A stretch of DNA of 44,580 nucleotides from a virus (IMGVR_UViG_2534682161_000019), one strand, 5' to 3'; shown: positions 16,630-25,634, counted from the first letter of the stretch. The notes: generated by a model not told the origin, from the letters alone. Numbers and translations are program-made.

Positions 16630-16990
16630 TATTCAGCTGGTTATGGAGCGGTGGGGAGCATGGGCAGCAAGTAATCATGAAGATGTAACATGGTCCTCGA
16701 TAGCTGCTGGTTTTAAAGGATTAATCCCGACTAAAGTGAAATCACGTCCTCAGTGTTCTGATGATGACGCCATGATAATTTGTGGCTGTATGGCACGATT
16801 AAACAAGAATAATCAGTATTTGCACGATTTGTTGGTGGATTATTACGTAGGTGGAATGACATTTATGGCTCTTGCACGTAAGCATAGATGTTCTGATGGG
16901 CTTATTGGTAAAAGACTTTATAAAGCTGAAGGTATTATTGAAGGAATGCTTATGGCTCTGAATGTCCGGTTAGATATGGATATGCGGTAG
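16616..16990 (+). CDS. Q: late-gene antiterminator Q (phage 82/21-type, Quu-like)
   Basis: 124 aa; [18 protein letters not shown]...[14 protein letters not shown]...LLVDYYV... resembles E. coli prophage Quu antiterminators; immediately upstream of the late region. Confidence 0.7.
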   Translation: MMLRDIQLVMERWGAWAASNHEDVTWSSIAAGFKGLIPTKVKSRPQCSDDDAMIICGCMARLNKNNQYLHDLLVDYYVGGMTFMALARKHRCSDGLIGKRLYKAEGIIEGMLMALNVRLDMDMR

Positions 16991-17137
16991 GGATATATAG
17001 TGACGAGGGTTATGTTTTCCGTGTTTATAATTAATATGTTTATTTTTTGATGGTCATGAATTTTATGGAAGGTAAACAAAATGTTGCCAGGTGAATTGAA
17101 AATATTGATAATCAATCATCATCATTAAATAAAAGGA

Positions 17138-17961
17138 GTGTTTATGTGGATTGTGTTAGCACTGTCACTGTCAACTCTCAGTTGGCATAAGGTAGTGGCT
17201 TTTTCATTGTTGACGGTGTCTGTTGTCCTGGCTGTGCTTAATGATATTATTGATTGGCCGGTGTTGTTTTTTGTTGCTACAATCGTTTTTTTTATTATTT
17301 TGAAGTTCAACTGGAAATATAACGCCTGGGCTAAATCCATATATGAAGCTGGCATAGTTTTATCAGCCATAGCATTATCTTTCCATTTATGGCCAGGGTT
17401 TCACAATCCTGTAGTGCTAAAGTCTGTCACTGTCGGACCTCAAAGCACTCCCTATACAATGTATTTTAATTTTGATAAAGCGCTGGTGCCATTTTTGTTA
17501 GTCCTGTGTACAGCTTCTTTGTTTAAAAAAGAAGTGAAATCAGAAGTGTCTTTGTGGAAATGGGGGGCTCTGTTGCTCTCTGTTCCTCTTATACTGTTTT
17601 TGGCTGTTTTTTTGGTGGGTTAAAGCCAGAGATTCATTTTCCAGAGTGGTTGCCAGAGTTTATATTGGCTAATTTGTTTTTTGTGTCTCTGGCAGAGGAG
17701 TCATTATTTAGAGGGTATATTCAATCACGGCTATCAGAAGTGACGTCTCCATTGGTTGCGTTAATTGTGGCGTCTTTGTTGTTTGGTTTTTATCACTATT
17801 CAGGTGGTGCTTTACTTGTATTATTTGCCACGTTATCTGGTGTTGTGTATGGATTGTCATGGATGTGGAGTGGGTGCTTGTGGGTGGCAACCCTTTTCCA
17901 TTTTGGTCTGAATCTGTGTCACTTGTTATTCTTTACCTATCCATTCTTAAAACATAATTGA
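17138..17961 (+). CDS. CPBP-family intramembrane metalloprotease (CAAX protease/Abi domain), disrupted by a frameshift in a T7 run
   Basis: ORFs 17138-17623 and 17554-17961 overlap in different frames; second part carries CPBP motifs EESLFRGY, FGFYHY, HFGLN; adding one T to the T7 run at 17607-17613 restores a single ~275-aa multi-TM protein; AT-rich. Confidence 0.65.
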
Positions 17962-18102
17962 TTTTTTTCTATGGCTTTAAATTTATAACACTGAAAAATA
18001 GCAGTATGTGACATTTGCATGAAAAATATGCACGGCAAAGCATTTACGTACGTAAAAAATCATGTATGCTTTTAAGAGTGGTTATTTCACCGCATAGCCT
18101 GA

Positions 18103-18126
18103 ACCCGCCTCTGAGCGGGTTTTTTG
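18103..18126 (+). terminator. rho-independent terminator after the CPBP gene
   Basis: ACCCGC-CTCTGA-GCGGGT hairpin followed by TTTTTTG. Confidence 0.55.
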
Positions 18127-18248
18127 TGCCCGCAAAGTAGCGCAGTGCGTTAAATGTGCTGGTAGTTATTAATACTGGTCTTTCTGCTTGCTGGCTTTTT
18201 AGACAAGAGTTATTGGTATGTCACGTTAACCAGAAAAGGGAAAAAGAC

Positions 18249-18446
18249 ATGCTAAAACAGCAGGATATGACCGAAACCGCCAGAGTGGTGTTTAATGAAT
18301 TAAGCGTCACCGAACCGGCGACCGTCGGGGAGATTGCGCAGAATACTTACCTTTCACGCGAGCGCTGCCAGTTAATACTGACTCAGCTTGTTATGGCGGG
18401 TCTGGCAGATTATCAGTTCGGTTGTTACAGACGCCTTCCGCAGTGA
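18249..18446 (+). CDS. hypothetical small winged-helix-like protein upstream of the methyltransferase
   Basis: 65 aa from the ATG at 18249 (AAGGGA RBS); ...VGEIAQNTYLSRERCQLILTQLVMAGL... resembles a DNA-binding wHTH. Confidence 0.45.
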   Translation: MLKQQDMTETARVVFNELSVTEPATVGEIAQNTYLSRERCQLILTQLVMAGLADYQFGCYRRLPQ

Positions 18447-18596
18447 AGGCTTTTTAATTTGTGGTAATGGGCGGCTGGTGGGTGTTAGCGGCACCTGCCA
18501 GCCATCTGCTCATGCGTTGGGGTCACAAGCAAACCTCAGGCCCATCTGCTTTGCGCAAAAGCGGTATGAGCCTATCAGAGAAGTGCTTATTGATCT

Positions 18597-19146
18597 ATGG
18601 CTAATACTGTAAAAATATCCAGCTGCGAGTTAATCAACGCTGATTTCCTGGAATTTATCCAGACCTTACCGGAAAACTCTGTCGATCTGATAGTCACAGA
18701 CCCGCCATACTTTAAAGTGAAGCCCGAGGGCTGGGATAACCAGTGGAAGGGCGACGATGATTACCTGAAATGGCTGGATCAGTGTCTGGCGCAGTTCTGG
18801 TGGGTATTAAAACCCGCCGGAAGTCTTTACCTGTTCTGTGGTCATCGCCTGGCATCTGATATCGAAATCATGATGCGTGAGCGCTTTAATGTGCTGAACC
18901 ACATTATCTGGGCGAAGCCGTCCGGGCGCTGGAACGGGTGCAACAAGGAAAGCCTGCGGGCGTATTTCCCGGCAACAGAGCGCATTCTGTTTGCGTCCGG
19001 GAGATTTGGTTGCCGACTTTTTCATGGGGTCAGGCTCCATAATAAAAGCAGCGCTGGCACTTGGGGGCATGGCGTTAAGCGTTGAACTTGAGTCTGAACG
19101 TTTTGAGCATACTGCGGGTGAAATAGTTACGTTGGCAGATAATTAA
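18597..19146 (+). CDS. DNA methyltransferase (N6-adenine/N4-cytosine type, DPPY motif), apparently frameshifted or internally deleted
   Basis: N-terminal frame contains TDPPYF; the SAM-binding motif (PGDLVADFFMGSGS...ALALGG...) is in a different frame ending at 19146; the combined length is short for this family. Confidence 0.55.
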
Positions 19147-19260
19147 ATCACTGCACAATAAGCTAATGAATTGATGTTAACTTCCCGTATTATTGGGCTA
19201 CTTCGAGAGAAAGGTGCATTACATTTCAGATGTATTTCATCTCACATCCGAGGAAGCAAT

Positions 19261-19336
<76 letters not shown>

Positions 19337-19339
19337 TAT

Positions 19340-19414
<75 letters not shown>

Positions 19415-19546
19415 ACATTTGATAGAGGCGTATTGCAGCACTGGCGTATTTTTATTACGTGAGGACAGATTGTTTTTTTAGGAACTCTCAGTTTTCGGGC
19501 TATGTTTTGAGGCCAGGTTAGCCTCAGTGCTGATTTTTTACAATAC

Positions 19547-19615
19547 CGGAATGGTGCATTATTGGTTGGGTTACGTAGTGAGCCCTATGGCAGGTACCGG
19601 TGATGCACCATTCCG
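19547..19615. other. long imperfect hairpin (13-bp stem, ~43-nt loop) downstream of the tRNAs
   Basis: CGGAATGGTGCAT (19547-19559) pairs with ATGCACCATTCCG (19603-19615). Confidence 0.4.
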
Positions 19616-19694
19616 ATGTTGTAAACATCACTTAGAGTAAGTTATAGAACAATTTGCTACTAAGTAAAACCTGAAACCTGGGAATACATCTTTA

Positions 19695-19718
19695 CCGCCA
19701 CACTTGGCGGTTTTTTTT
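19695..19718 (+). terminator. rho-independent terminator (possible tR-prime-like late terminator)
   Basis: CCGCCA-CACT-TGGCGG hairpin followed by TTTTTTTT. Confidence 0.6.
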
Positions 19719-19816
19719 ATTCTGTTTTTTCATGGCTCGCTACGGCGGCCTTTTTCATGTATACCCTGGCGGTTATTATGATGGCTTGTTTATTTGTTCA
19801 TAAGAGGATTGATACA

Positions 19817-20299
19817 GTGGTCACTTATGCTGATATCAGGGCAAAACGGGCCGAAATACTGAAAGCTAAGCAGGAATACATTCAGCGGTTGCGGGATACA
19901 GCCACAAGGCTGGTCAATGCCTATGAGTCTTCACTGGCGTTGCCGGAACTGCAATGGCGAGACATTGAGGGTGAGTTACATCCTTACGTCTATATTTGCT
20001 TCAATGGCTTCAGTGTCCGACCGGAGGATTTGCAGGTAGACCTTAGGGACGGAGTTGCGTTTAAATTATACACAGTTGTTGATGACAATCCCCGCCAGTC
20101 TGCAAGTATGGAAGTTGGTGTAAAGATTGTGCTGCTTGATGGCGATAACCTGACGATTTCAGTTAATGGTTATGGGGACAGAACATTTTCGCACGTAGAT
20201 ACCGATGCAAAAATTAACGAGGTATGCGAGTTCATCAAAGACAGTATTTTAATGTCGATGAATGATGTGAATTTGGCAAAGCATCTCTGCCGAAGATAG
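19817..20299 (+). CDS. hypothetical protein (moron at the position stx occupies in Stx phages)
   Basis: ORF track 19757-20299; GTG at 19817 lies 9 nt after an AAGAGG RBS; no recognised motif. Confidence 0.4.
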   Translation: MVTYADIRAKRAEILKAKQEYIQRLRDTATRLVNAYESSLALPELQWRDIEGELHPYVYICFNGFSVRPEDLQVDLRDGVAFKLYTVVDDNPRQSASMEVGVKIVLLDGDNLTISVNGYGDRTFSHVDTDAKINEVCEFIKDSILMSMNDVNLAKHLCRR

Positions 20300-20509
20300 A
20301 AGGCAGGAGTCGTAAAAAGGAATCGTTCGAAAATCTCAGAATCACCAGGCTGCGCATTTGCGTGGCCTTTTTTGTATCCGCGCCACGCCCGGCGCATATC
20401 AAAAACCACAGAGCCTTTCAGGGGTGAGCTTACGGGATGGTCAGTGTGACTTTCTCTGTGGGCTGGTCACCCCCGGGCGCAGGCTCACCCACTAAAAGGA
20501 AAAGTCACG

Positions 20510-20935
20510 ATGTTTGGTATTTTCAAAAAGAAAACACGCAAGGCCATTACCGAAGTGAAGAAGATGGAGAACCGCGACGCAGTGGAGGCGACCGTCTGGG
20601 GTGCGTATTCCATTGCATACGCTGACGACACCTGTGACTCGAAAGAAATCGCGGTACTGGAGAAAACCATTGCAGCACTTCCTGCCTTTGCGCCGTTCTC
20701 CGGTGAGATTGCACAAATGAGTGCAAATATCCGCGCCCGTTATGAAGCGTCGCCGCGCTCTGCCAATGCTGAAGCCCTTCGCCAGCTGGCTGATGTCGCC
20801 GGTACTGATGACGCAGTGAATGTGCTGTGCCTGTGTCTGGATATTGCAGACCAGGATGGCATTGGGCCGGAGGAAGAAGTACAGCTCAAGAAAATTGCTC
20901 AGGCGCTTCAGTTACCGCTGGAGCAGTACCTGTGA
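20510..20935 (+). CDS. TerB-like (tellurite-resistance TerB domain) protein
   Basis: 141 aa; layout ...AYSIAYADDTCDSKEIAVLE... and ...DIADQDGIGPEEEVQLKKIAQALQL... resembles the two TerB repeat units (ADG..S.EE / SDG.FDDDEK...IA..LG). Confidence 0.5.
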   Translation: MFGIFKKKTRKAITEVKKMENRDAVEATVWGAYSIAYADDTCDSKEIAVLEKTIAALPAFAPFSGEIAQMSANIRARYEASPRSANAEALRQLADVAGTDDAVNVLCLCLDIADQDGIGPEEEVQLKKIAQALQLPLEQYL

Positions 20936-21084
20936 AAAGTGCGCGCCTTGTACTGGCTGCCATCCTGCTGTTTCTGGTAGTGGTGGTGGATTTTACCGGA
21001 CGGCTGATGTCGGTACTGGCAGATGGTGTGCTGGTGGTGATGGTGTTGGTCGTGCTCCGGCCTTTACTGCGCAAATCTGAATAA
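20932..21084 (+). CDS. hypothetical small hydrophobic peptide overlapping the TerB-like stop
   Basis: GTG at 20932 overlaps the TGA of the upstream gene (GTGA); 50-aa product VKSARLVLAAILLFLVVVVDFTGRLMSVLADGVLVVMVLVVLRPLLRKSE. Confidence 0.3.
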   Translation: MKSARLVLAAILLFLVVVVDFTGRLMSVLADGVLVVMVLVVLRPLLRKSE

Positions 21085-21195
21085 CACCACGCAAAAGGCA
21101 TCTGCGGGTGCCTTTGATTGGGTGTTGTTTTTACGGGCCGCTGGTGGCCTTTTTTGTTTCCATTATACAACGCCCGCATCTGCGAGGTGGGGGTT

Positions 21196-21411
21196 ATGAA
21201 ATCCATGGACAAAATTTCAACGGGCATTGCCTATGGCACCTCCGCAGGCAGTGCTGGCTACTGGTTTTTACAGTGGCTTGATCAGGTCAGTCCGTCACAG
21301 TGGGCTGCGATTGGTGTATTAGGGAGTCTGGTTCTGGGCTTCCTGACTTATCTGACAAATCTGTACTTCAAAATAAGAGAAGACAGAAGAAAGGCTGCGA
21401 GAGGTGAATAA
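21196..21411 (+). CDS. S: pinholin S21-type holin with dual-start motif (antiholin/holin)
   Basis: 71 aa [71 protein letters not shown]; matches phage 21 S21 as I recall it; Met1 and Met4 give the two starts. Confidence 0.85.
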   Translation: MKSMDKISTGIAYGTSAGSAGYWFLQWLDQVSPSQWAAIGVLGSLVLGFLTYLTNLYFKIREDRRKAARGE

Positions 21412-21908
21412 TGCCTCCATCATTACGAAAAGCCGTTGCTGCTGCTATTGGTGGCGGGGCTATTGCTATAGCATCTGTGTTAATCACTGGTCCAGGTGGT
21501 AACGATGGTCTGGAAGGTGTCAGTTACATACCATACAAAGATATTGTTGGTGTATGGACTGTATGCCACGGACACACCGGAAAAGACATCATGCTCGGTA
21601 AAACGTATACCGAAGCAGAATGCAAAGCCCTCCTGAATAAAGACCTTTCCACGGTCGCCAGACAAATTACCCCGTACATCAAAGTCGATATACCAGAAAC
21701 AACGCGCGGCGCTCTTTACTCATTCGTCTATAACGTGGGTGCTGGAAATTTCAGAACATCGACTCTTCTTCGCAAAATAAACCAGGGTGATATCAAAGGC
21801 GCATGTGATCAGCTACGGCGCTGGACATACGCTGGCGGTAAGCAATGGAAAGGGCTGATGACCCGTCGTGATATTGAGCGTGAAGTCTGTTTGTGGGGGC
21901 AGCAATGA
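21411..21908 (+). CDS. R: SAR endolysin (phage 21 R-type lysozyme, T4-lysozyme fold)
   Basis: 165 aa; N-terminal signal-anchor-release domain ([23 protein letters not shown]) then catalytic ...[26 protein letters not shown]... Confidence 0.85.
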   Translation: MPPSLRKAVAAAIGGGAIAIASVLITGPGGNDGLEGVSYIPYKDIVGVWTVCHGHTGKDIMLGKTYTEAECKALLNKDLSTVARQITPYIKVDIPETTRGALYSFVYNVGAGNFRTSTLLRKINQGDIKGACDQLRRWTYAGGKQWKGLMTRRDIEREVCLWGQQ

Positions 21909-22372
21909 GCAGAGTAACCGCGATTATCTCCGCTCTGATTATCTGCATCGTCGTCTGTCTGTCGTGGGCGGTCAATCATTACCGTGATAACGCCATCGCC
22001 TACAAAGAACAGCGTGATAAAAAAGTCAGTGAGCTGAAGCAGGCGACTGCCACCATCGCTGACATGCAGCAGCGTCAGCGTGATGTTGCTGCGCTCGATG
22101 CAAAGTACTCGAGAGAATTAGCCAATGCGCAAGCTGAAAATGAAACTCTGCGTGCTGATGTTACCGCTGGTCGTAAGCGCCTGCGGATCAACGCCACCTG
22201 TCCAGGCTCCGTGCGTGAAGCCACCGCCACCGCCCGCGTGGGCAATGATGCCAGCGTCGAACTCTCTCCAGTTGCTGGACGAAACGTTCTCGGTATCAGA
22301 GACGGAATCATCAGCGACCAGGCAGCATTGAGAACGCTTCAGGAATATATCCGTACTCAGTGCCTGAAATAG
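21905..22372 (+). CDS. Rz: i-spanin Rz
   Basis: N-terminal TM helix then coiled-coil-rich periplasmic domain; ATG at 21905 preceded by a GGGGG RBS (track begins at the upstream GTG 21893). Confidence 0.8.
   Translation: MSRVTAIISALIICIVVCLSWAVNHYRDNAIAYKEQRDKKVSELKQATATIADMQQRQRDVAALDAKYSRELANAQAENETLRADVTAGRKRLRINATCPGSVREATATARVGNDASVELSPVAGRNVLGIRDGIISDQAALRTLQEYIRTQCLK
22125..22331 (+). CDS. Rz1: o-spanin Rz1 (lipoprotein embedded in the +1 frame of Rz)
   Basis: [22 protein letters not shown]... lipobox LVVSAC; proline-rich mature region (PPPPPAW); fully nested in Rz. Confidence 0.8.
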   Translation: MRKLKMKLCVLMLPLVVSACGSTPPVQAPCVKPPPPPAWAMMPASNSLQLLDETFSVSETESSATRQH

Positions 22373-22599
22373 TTTTTTCAATGCGTTGTATCGTCGCCGT
22401 ATTTCCGCATTAACAGAGACCGCAGCCCTATGGGGAGACTCCTCTGCGCGAGTGTGCGGGGATAATCAAAAACGATACACACCGGGGTTTACTGCGTTAA
22501 CGGAGCGCGGCGTTGTCCCCTCATAGTCGCCTGGCCGGTGCGATGGTGGAAGAAACCGGAACACATTACAAAATGATAACAATTATCATTTTTCGGGTC

Positions 22600-22700
22600 C
22601 TCCTGGCGGGGTGGGCCTGTACACGGGGCGGGTCGGCGCGGAAAAAAGCGCATTTTTGTGATTTTATCGTCATCATCATCATGTATGTAAACTGTTGTTT
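22600..22700. other. putative cos site (cosN-like cohesive-end region) upstream of the terminase small subunit
   Basis: GGGCGGGTCGGC at 22626-22637 resembles the lambda cohesive end GGGCGGCGACCT; located between Rz and terS as cos is in lambda. Confidence 0.4.
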
Positions 22701-22828
22701 TTAATGTAATTGATACAAAAAAGATGATGGTTGTGGCCAATTTTTGTTCGACATCTTTGTGTGGCGGCATTTCTTTACAAAAAAAACAGAATCACTTCTG
22801 TTCAGAGGGGTATGTGGAGGAGGCGTAG

Positions 22829-23305
22829 ATGGACGGCGAGCTGAAAAATATGAAGTTAAATATTAATCAACTGGCAGCCCTTTCAGGCCTGCACCGGCAG
22901 ACCGTTACCGCAAGAATGGCGGATGTTCCTCTTGCTCCGGGCAGTAATGAGAAGAAAAAACTTTATCTCCTGACGGACCTGATTACTGCGCTGCTGGCAA
23001 AAACACCATCTACCGAAGATGAGGAGATGAATCCACACGATCGCAAGGCATGGTATCAGTCCGAGCGCGAGCGTCTTAAATTTCAGCATGAAACTGTTCA
23101 GCTTGTCCCTGTCAGTGATGTCAGGCGGTCGTTTTCCGTCGTGGTGAAAGCCATTGTGCAGATACTGGAAACCTGGCCTGACAGGCTGGAGAGGGACAGG
23201 GGGTGGACTGCATCACAACTGAACGAAGTGCAGATCGTTGTTGATGAGATCCGTGACACGCTGGAAAAGGCAGTGATTGCCTGCTGTGATGAGGCTGATA
23301 TGTGA
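22829..23305 (+). CDS. terminase small subunit (Nu1-like position, N-terminal HTH)
   Basis: 158 aa; ATG 5 nt after GGAGGAGG; N-terminal LNINQLAALSGLHRQTVTARMADVP; immediately precedes and overlaps the gpA-like terminase. Confidence 0.65.
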   Translation: MDGELKNMKLNINQLAALSGLHRQTVTARMADVPLAPGSNEKKKLYLLTDLITALLAKTPSTEDEEMNPHDRKAWYQSERERLKFQHETVQLVPVSDVRRSFSVVVKAIVQILETWPDRLERDRGWTASQLNEVQIVVDEIRDTLEKAVIACCDEADM

Positions 23306-25425
23306 ATCCGGTTAACGAGTGCCATAGCCGCGCATCCGATATCTGGCGCGAAGTGGCCTCGCTGTTTCGCCCGCCTGGCCGGTTACCAGTAGCGGAAGCC
23401 ATCAGGCGTTATATGCGGGTACCACGGGGAGCCAACACTTCAGGTCCGTGGGAGTCATCGCTGACGCCCTATATGATTGACCCCATTAATACATTATCAG
23501 CCCGTGAATATGACGCGGTGGTGTTTGTCGGACCGGCGCGAACCGGGAAAACCGAAGGGCTGATTGATGGCTGGATTGTGTACGGCATCATCTGTGATCC
23601 GGCGGATATGCTGGTGGTGCAGATGACTGAGACGAAGGCGCGTGAGCATTCCAGAACGCGTCTTTCCAGGACGTTTCGCCACAGTCCGGAGGTCAGTAAG
23701 CGCCTCAGTCCTTCCCGTAATGACAACAACGTCCACGACAAAATGTTTCTTGACGGCTCATTCCTGAAAATTGGCTGGCCGTCGATCACCGTATTTTCCT
23801 CCTCGGATTACCGTCGTGTGGCGCTGACGGATTATGACCGTTTTCCTGAGAACGTCGACGGTGAAGGGGATGCCTTCACGCTGGCATCAAAGCGTACCAC
23901 CACCTTTATGTCCTCGGGGATGACCCTGGTCGAAAGTTCGCCCGGGCGGGATATCACCGATACCAAATGGCGTTGTGGTGGCGCACATGAGGCACCGCCA
24001 ACAACGGGGATCCTGTCACTGTATAACCGGGGAGACCGCCGCCGGTGGTACTGGCCGTGTCCGCACTGCGGGGAATATTTTCAGCCGGTGATGGATAACA
24101 TGACCGGTTACCGGAATAACCCTGATTTTGTGGCTGCCGGGCAGGCGGCCCGCCTGATGTGTCCGCACTGCCGCGGCCTGATTGCTCCGGAACAGAAGCG
24201 TGAACTGAATAACCAGGGGATCTGGCTGCGGGAAGGCGAACGGGCAGCGGCGGATGGCAGTATTACCGGAACCCCTCGAAATTCCAGAATAGCAAGTTTC
24301 TGGATGGAGGGGCCGGCAGCGGCGTTTCAGACCTGGGAACAACTGATTTTTAAGCTGCTGGCGGCAGAAGAAGAGTATGAGCGAACCGGCAGTGAAGAGA
24401 CCCTGAAAGCGGTGGTAAACACCGATATCGGACGACCCTATCTGCCCCGTTCAGCCACGGAACAGCGTAAAAGTGAACTGCTTGAACAGCGTGCCGAGCC
24501 GTTTCCCCGGCGATCTGTGCCGGATGGTGTGCGTTTTATTGAGGCAACGGTTGACGTACAGGGCGGTAAAAATCGCCGTTTTGTTGTGCAGATCACCGGA
24601 TACGGAGAACAGGGGGAACGCTGGATTGTTGATCGCTACAACATCCGGCATTCACTGCGCTGCAGTCCCAATGGTGAAAGTCTGCCGGTTGATCCGGCGG
24701 CATATCCGGAGGACTGGGATTTGTTGCTGACGGATGTGCTCCATAAAACATGGCCGCTGGCTTCTGATCCGGATGTGCGCATGCGTCTGATGGCCATGGC
24801 GGTGGATACGGGAGGGGAAGCCGGGGTGACAGATAATGCCTATCGTTTCTGGCGTCGTTGCCGGAGTGACGGACTGGGCAACAGGGTGTTTCTGTTCAAG
24901 GGGGATGGTCTTCGCCGTGACAGGCTGATTAACCGTACCTTCCCGGATAATACCGGCAGAAGTGCCCGCCGTGCCAGAGCCAGTGGCGATGTCGCGCTGT
25001 GGCTGGTTCAGACGGATGCGTTTAAGGACCGTGTAAATAATGCCCTGTGGCGTGACACACCAGGGCCGAACTATATCCACTTTCCCGACTGGCTGGGGCG
25101 GTGGTTTTACGATGAGCTGACCTATGAAGAGCGCGGCAGTGACGGAAAATGGCGAAAACCGGGCAGGGGCGCTAACGAGGCGTTTGACCTGCTGGTGTAT
25201 GCGGATGCGCTTGCCGTTCTGCATGGTTACGAAAAGATCCGCTGGCCCTCCGCACCGGACTGGGCACAGCGGGAAACGTGGCTCGTTTTTCCGCAGGAGC
25301 GTTCTGGTGAAACGGCATCCCCGGAACTGACGGCCGGGGCAGAAAAACGCCGTCGTCGGAAGAAAAAACTGCGGACGGAGCGTGCGGAAGATAATCCATG
25401 GATAACATCAGGAGGCTGGTTGTGA
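23302..25425 (+). CDS. A: terminase large subunit (lambda gpA family)
   Basis: 707 aa; Walker A VFVGPARTGKTE; paired CPHCG motifs (WYWPCPHCGEYF, LMCPHCRGLI) as in lambda gpA. Confidence 0.9.
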   Translation: MNPVNECHSRASDIWREVASLFRPPGRLPVAEAIRRYMRVPRGANTSGPWESSLTPYMIDPINTLSAREYDAVVFVGPARTGKTEGLIDGWIVYGIICDPADMLVVQMTETKAREHSRTRLSRTFRHSPEVSKRLSPSRNDNNVHDKMFLDGSFLKIGWPSITVFSSSDYRRVALTDYDRFPENVDGEGDAFTLASKRTTTFMSSGMTLVESSPGRDITDTKWRCGGAHEAPPTTGILSLYNRGDRRRWYWPCPHCGEYFQPVMDNMTGYRNNPDFVAAGQAARLMCPHCRGLIAPEQKRELNNQGIWLREGERAAADGSITGTPRNSRIASFWMEGPAAAFQTWEQLIFKLLAAEEEYERTGSEETLKAVVNTDIGRPYLPRSATEQRKSELLEQRAEPFPRRSVPDGVRFIEATVDVQGGKNRRFVVQITGYGEQGERWIVDRYNIRHSLRCSPNGESLPVDPAAYPEDWDLLLTDVLHKTWPLASDPDVRMRLMAMAVDTGGEAGVTDNAYRFWRRCRSDGLGNRVFLFKGDGLRRDRLINRTFPDNTGRSARRARASGDVALWLVQTDAFKDRVNNALWRDTPGPNYIHFPDWLGRWFYDELTYEERGSDGKWRKPGRGANEAFDLLVYADALAVLHGYEKIRWPSAPDWAQRETWLVFPQERSGETASPELTAGAEKRRRRKKKLRTERAEDNPWITSGGWL

Positions 25426-25634
25426 GCACAGAAGAAGCCAGAGAAATGATACAGCGGTACCGTGAAGCGGAAATGGCCGTACTGGAGGGGAAGTCTGTCA
25501 CCTTCAACGGACAGCAACTGACGCTGGAAAGCCTTTCTCAGATCCGCGCCGGACGTCAGGAGTGGGAACGCAGGCTTGCCGCGATGGTGAGCCGCAGGCG
25601 GGGAAAACCGGGATTTAAACTGGCGAGGTTTTAA
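25422..25634 (+). CDS. W: head-tail joining protein gpW-like
   Basis: GTG 6 nt after AGGAGG, overlapping the terminase stop; ~70 aa ending ...RRRGKPGFKLARF (lambda W ends ...RRRGPAGFYV). Confidence 0.7.
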   Translation: MSTEEAREMIQRYREAEMAVLEGKSVTFNGQQLTLESLSQIRAGRQEWERRLAAMVSRRRGKPGFKLARF

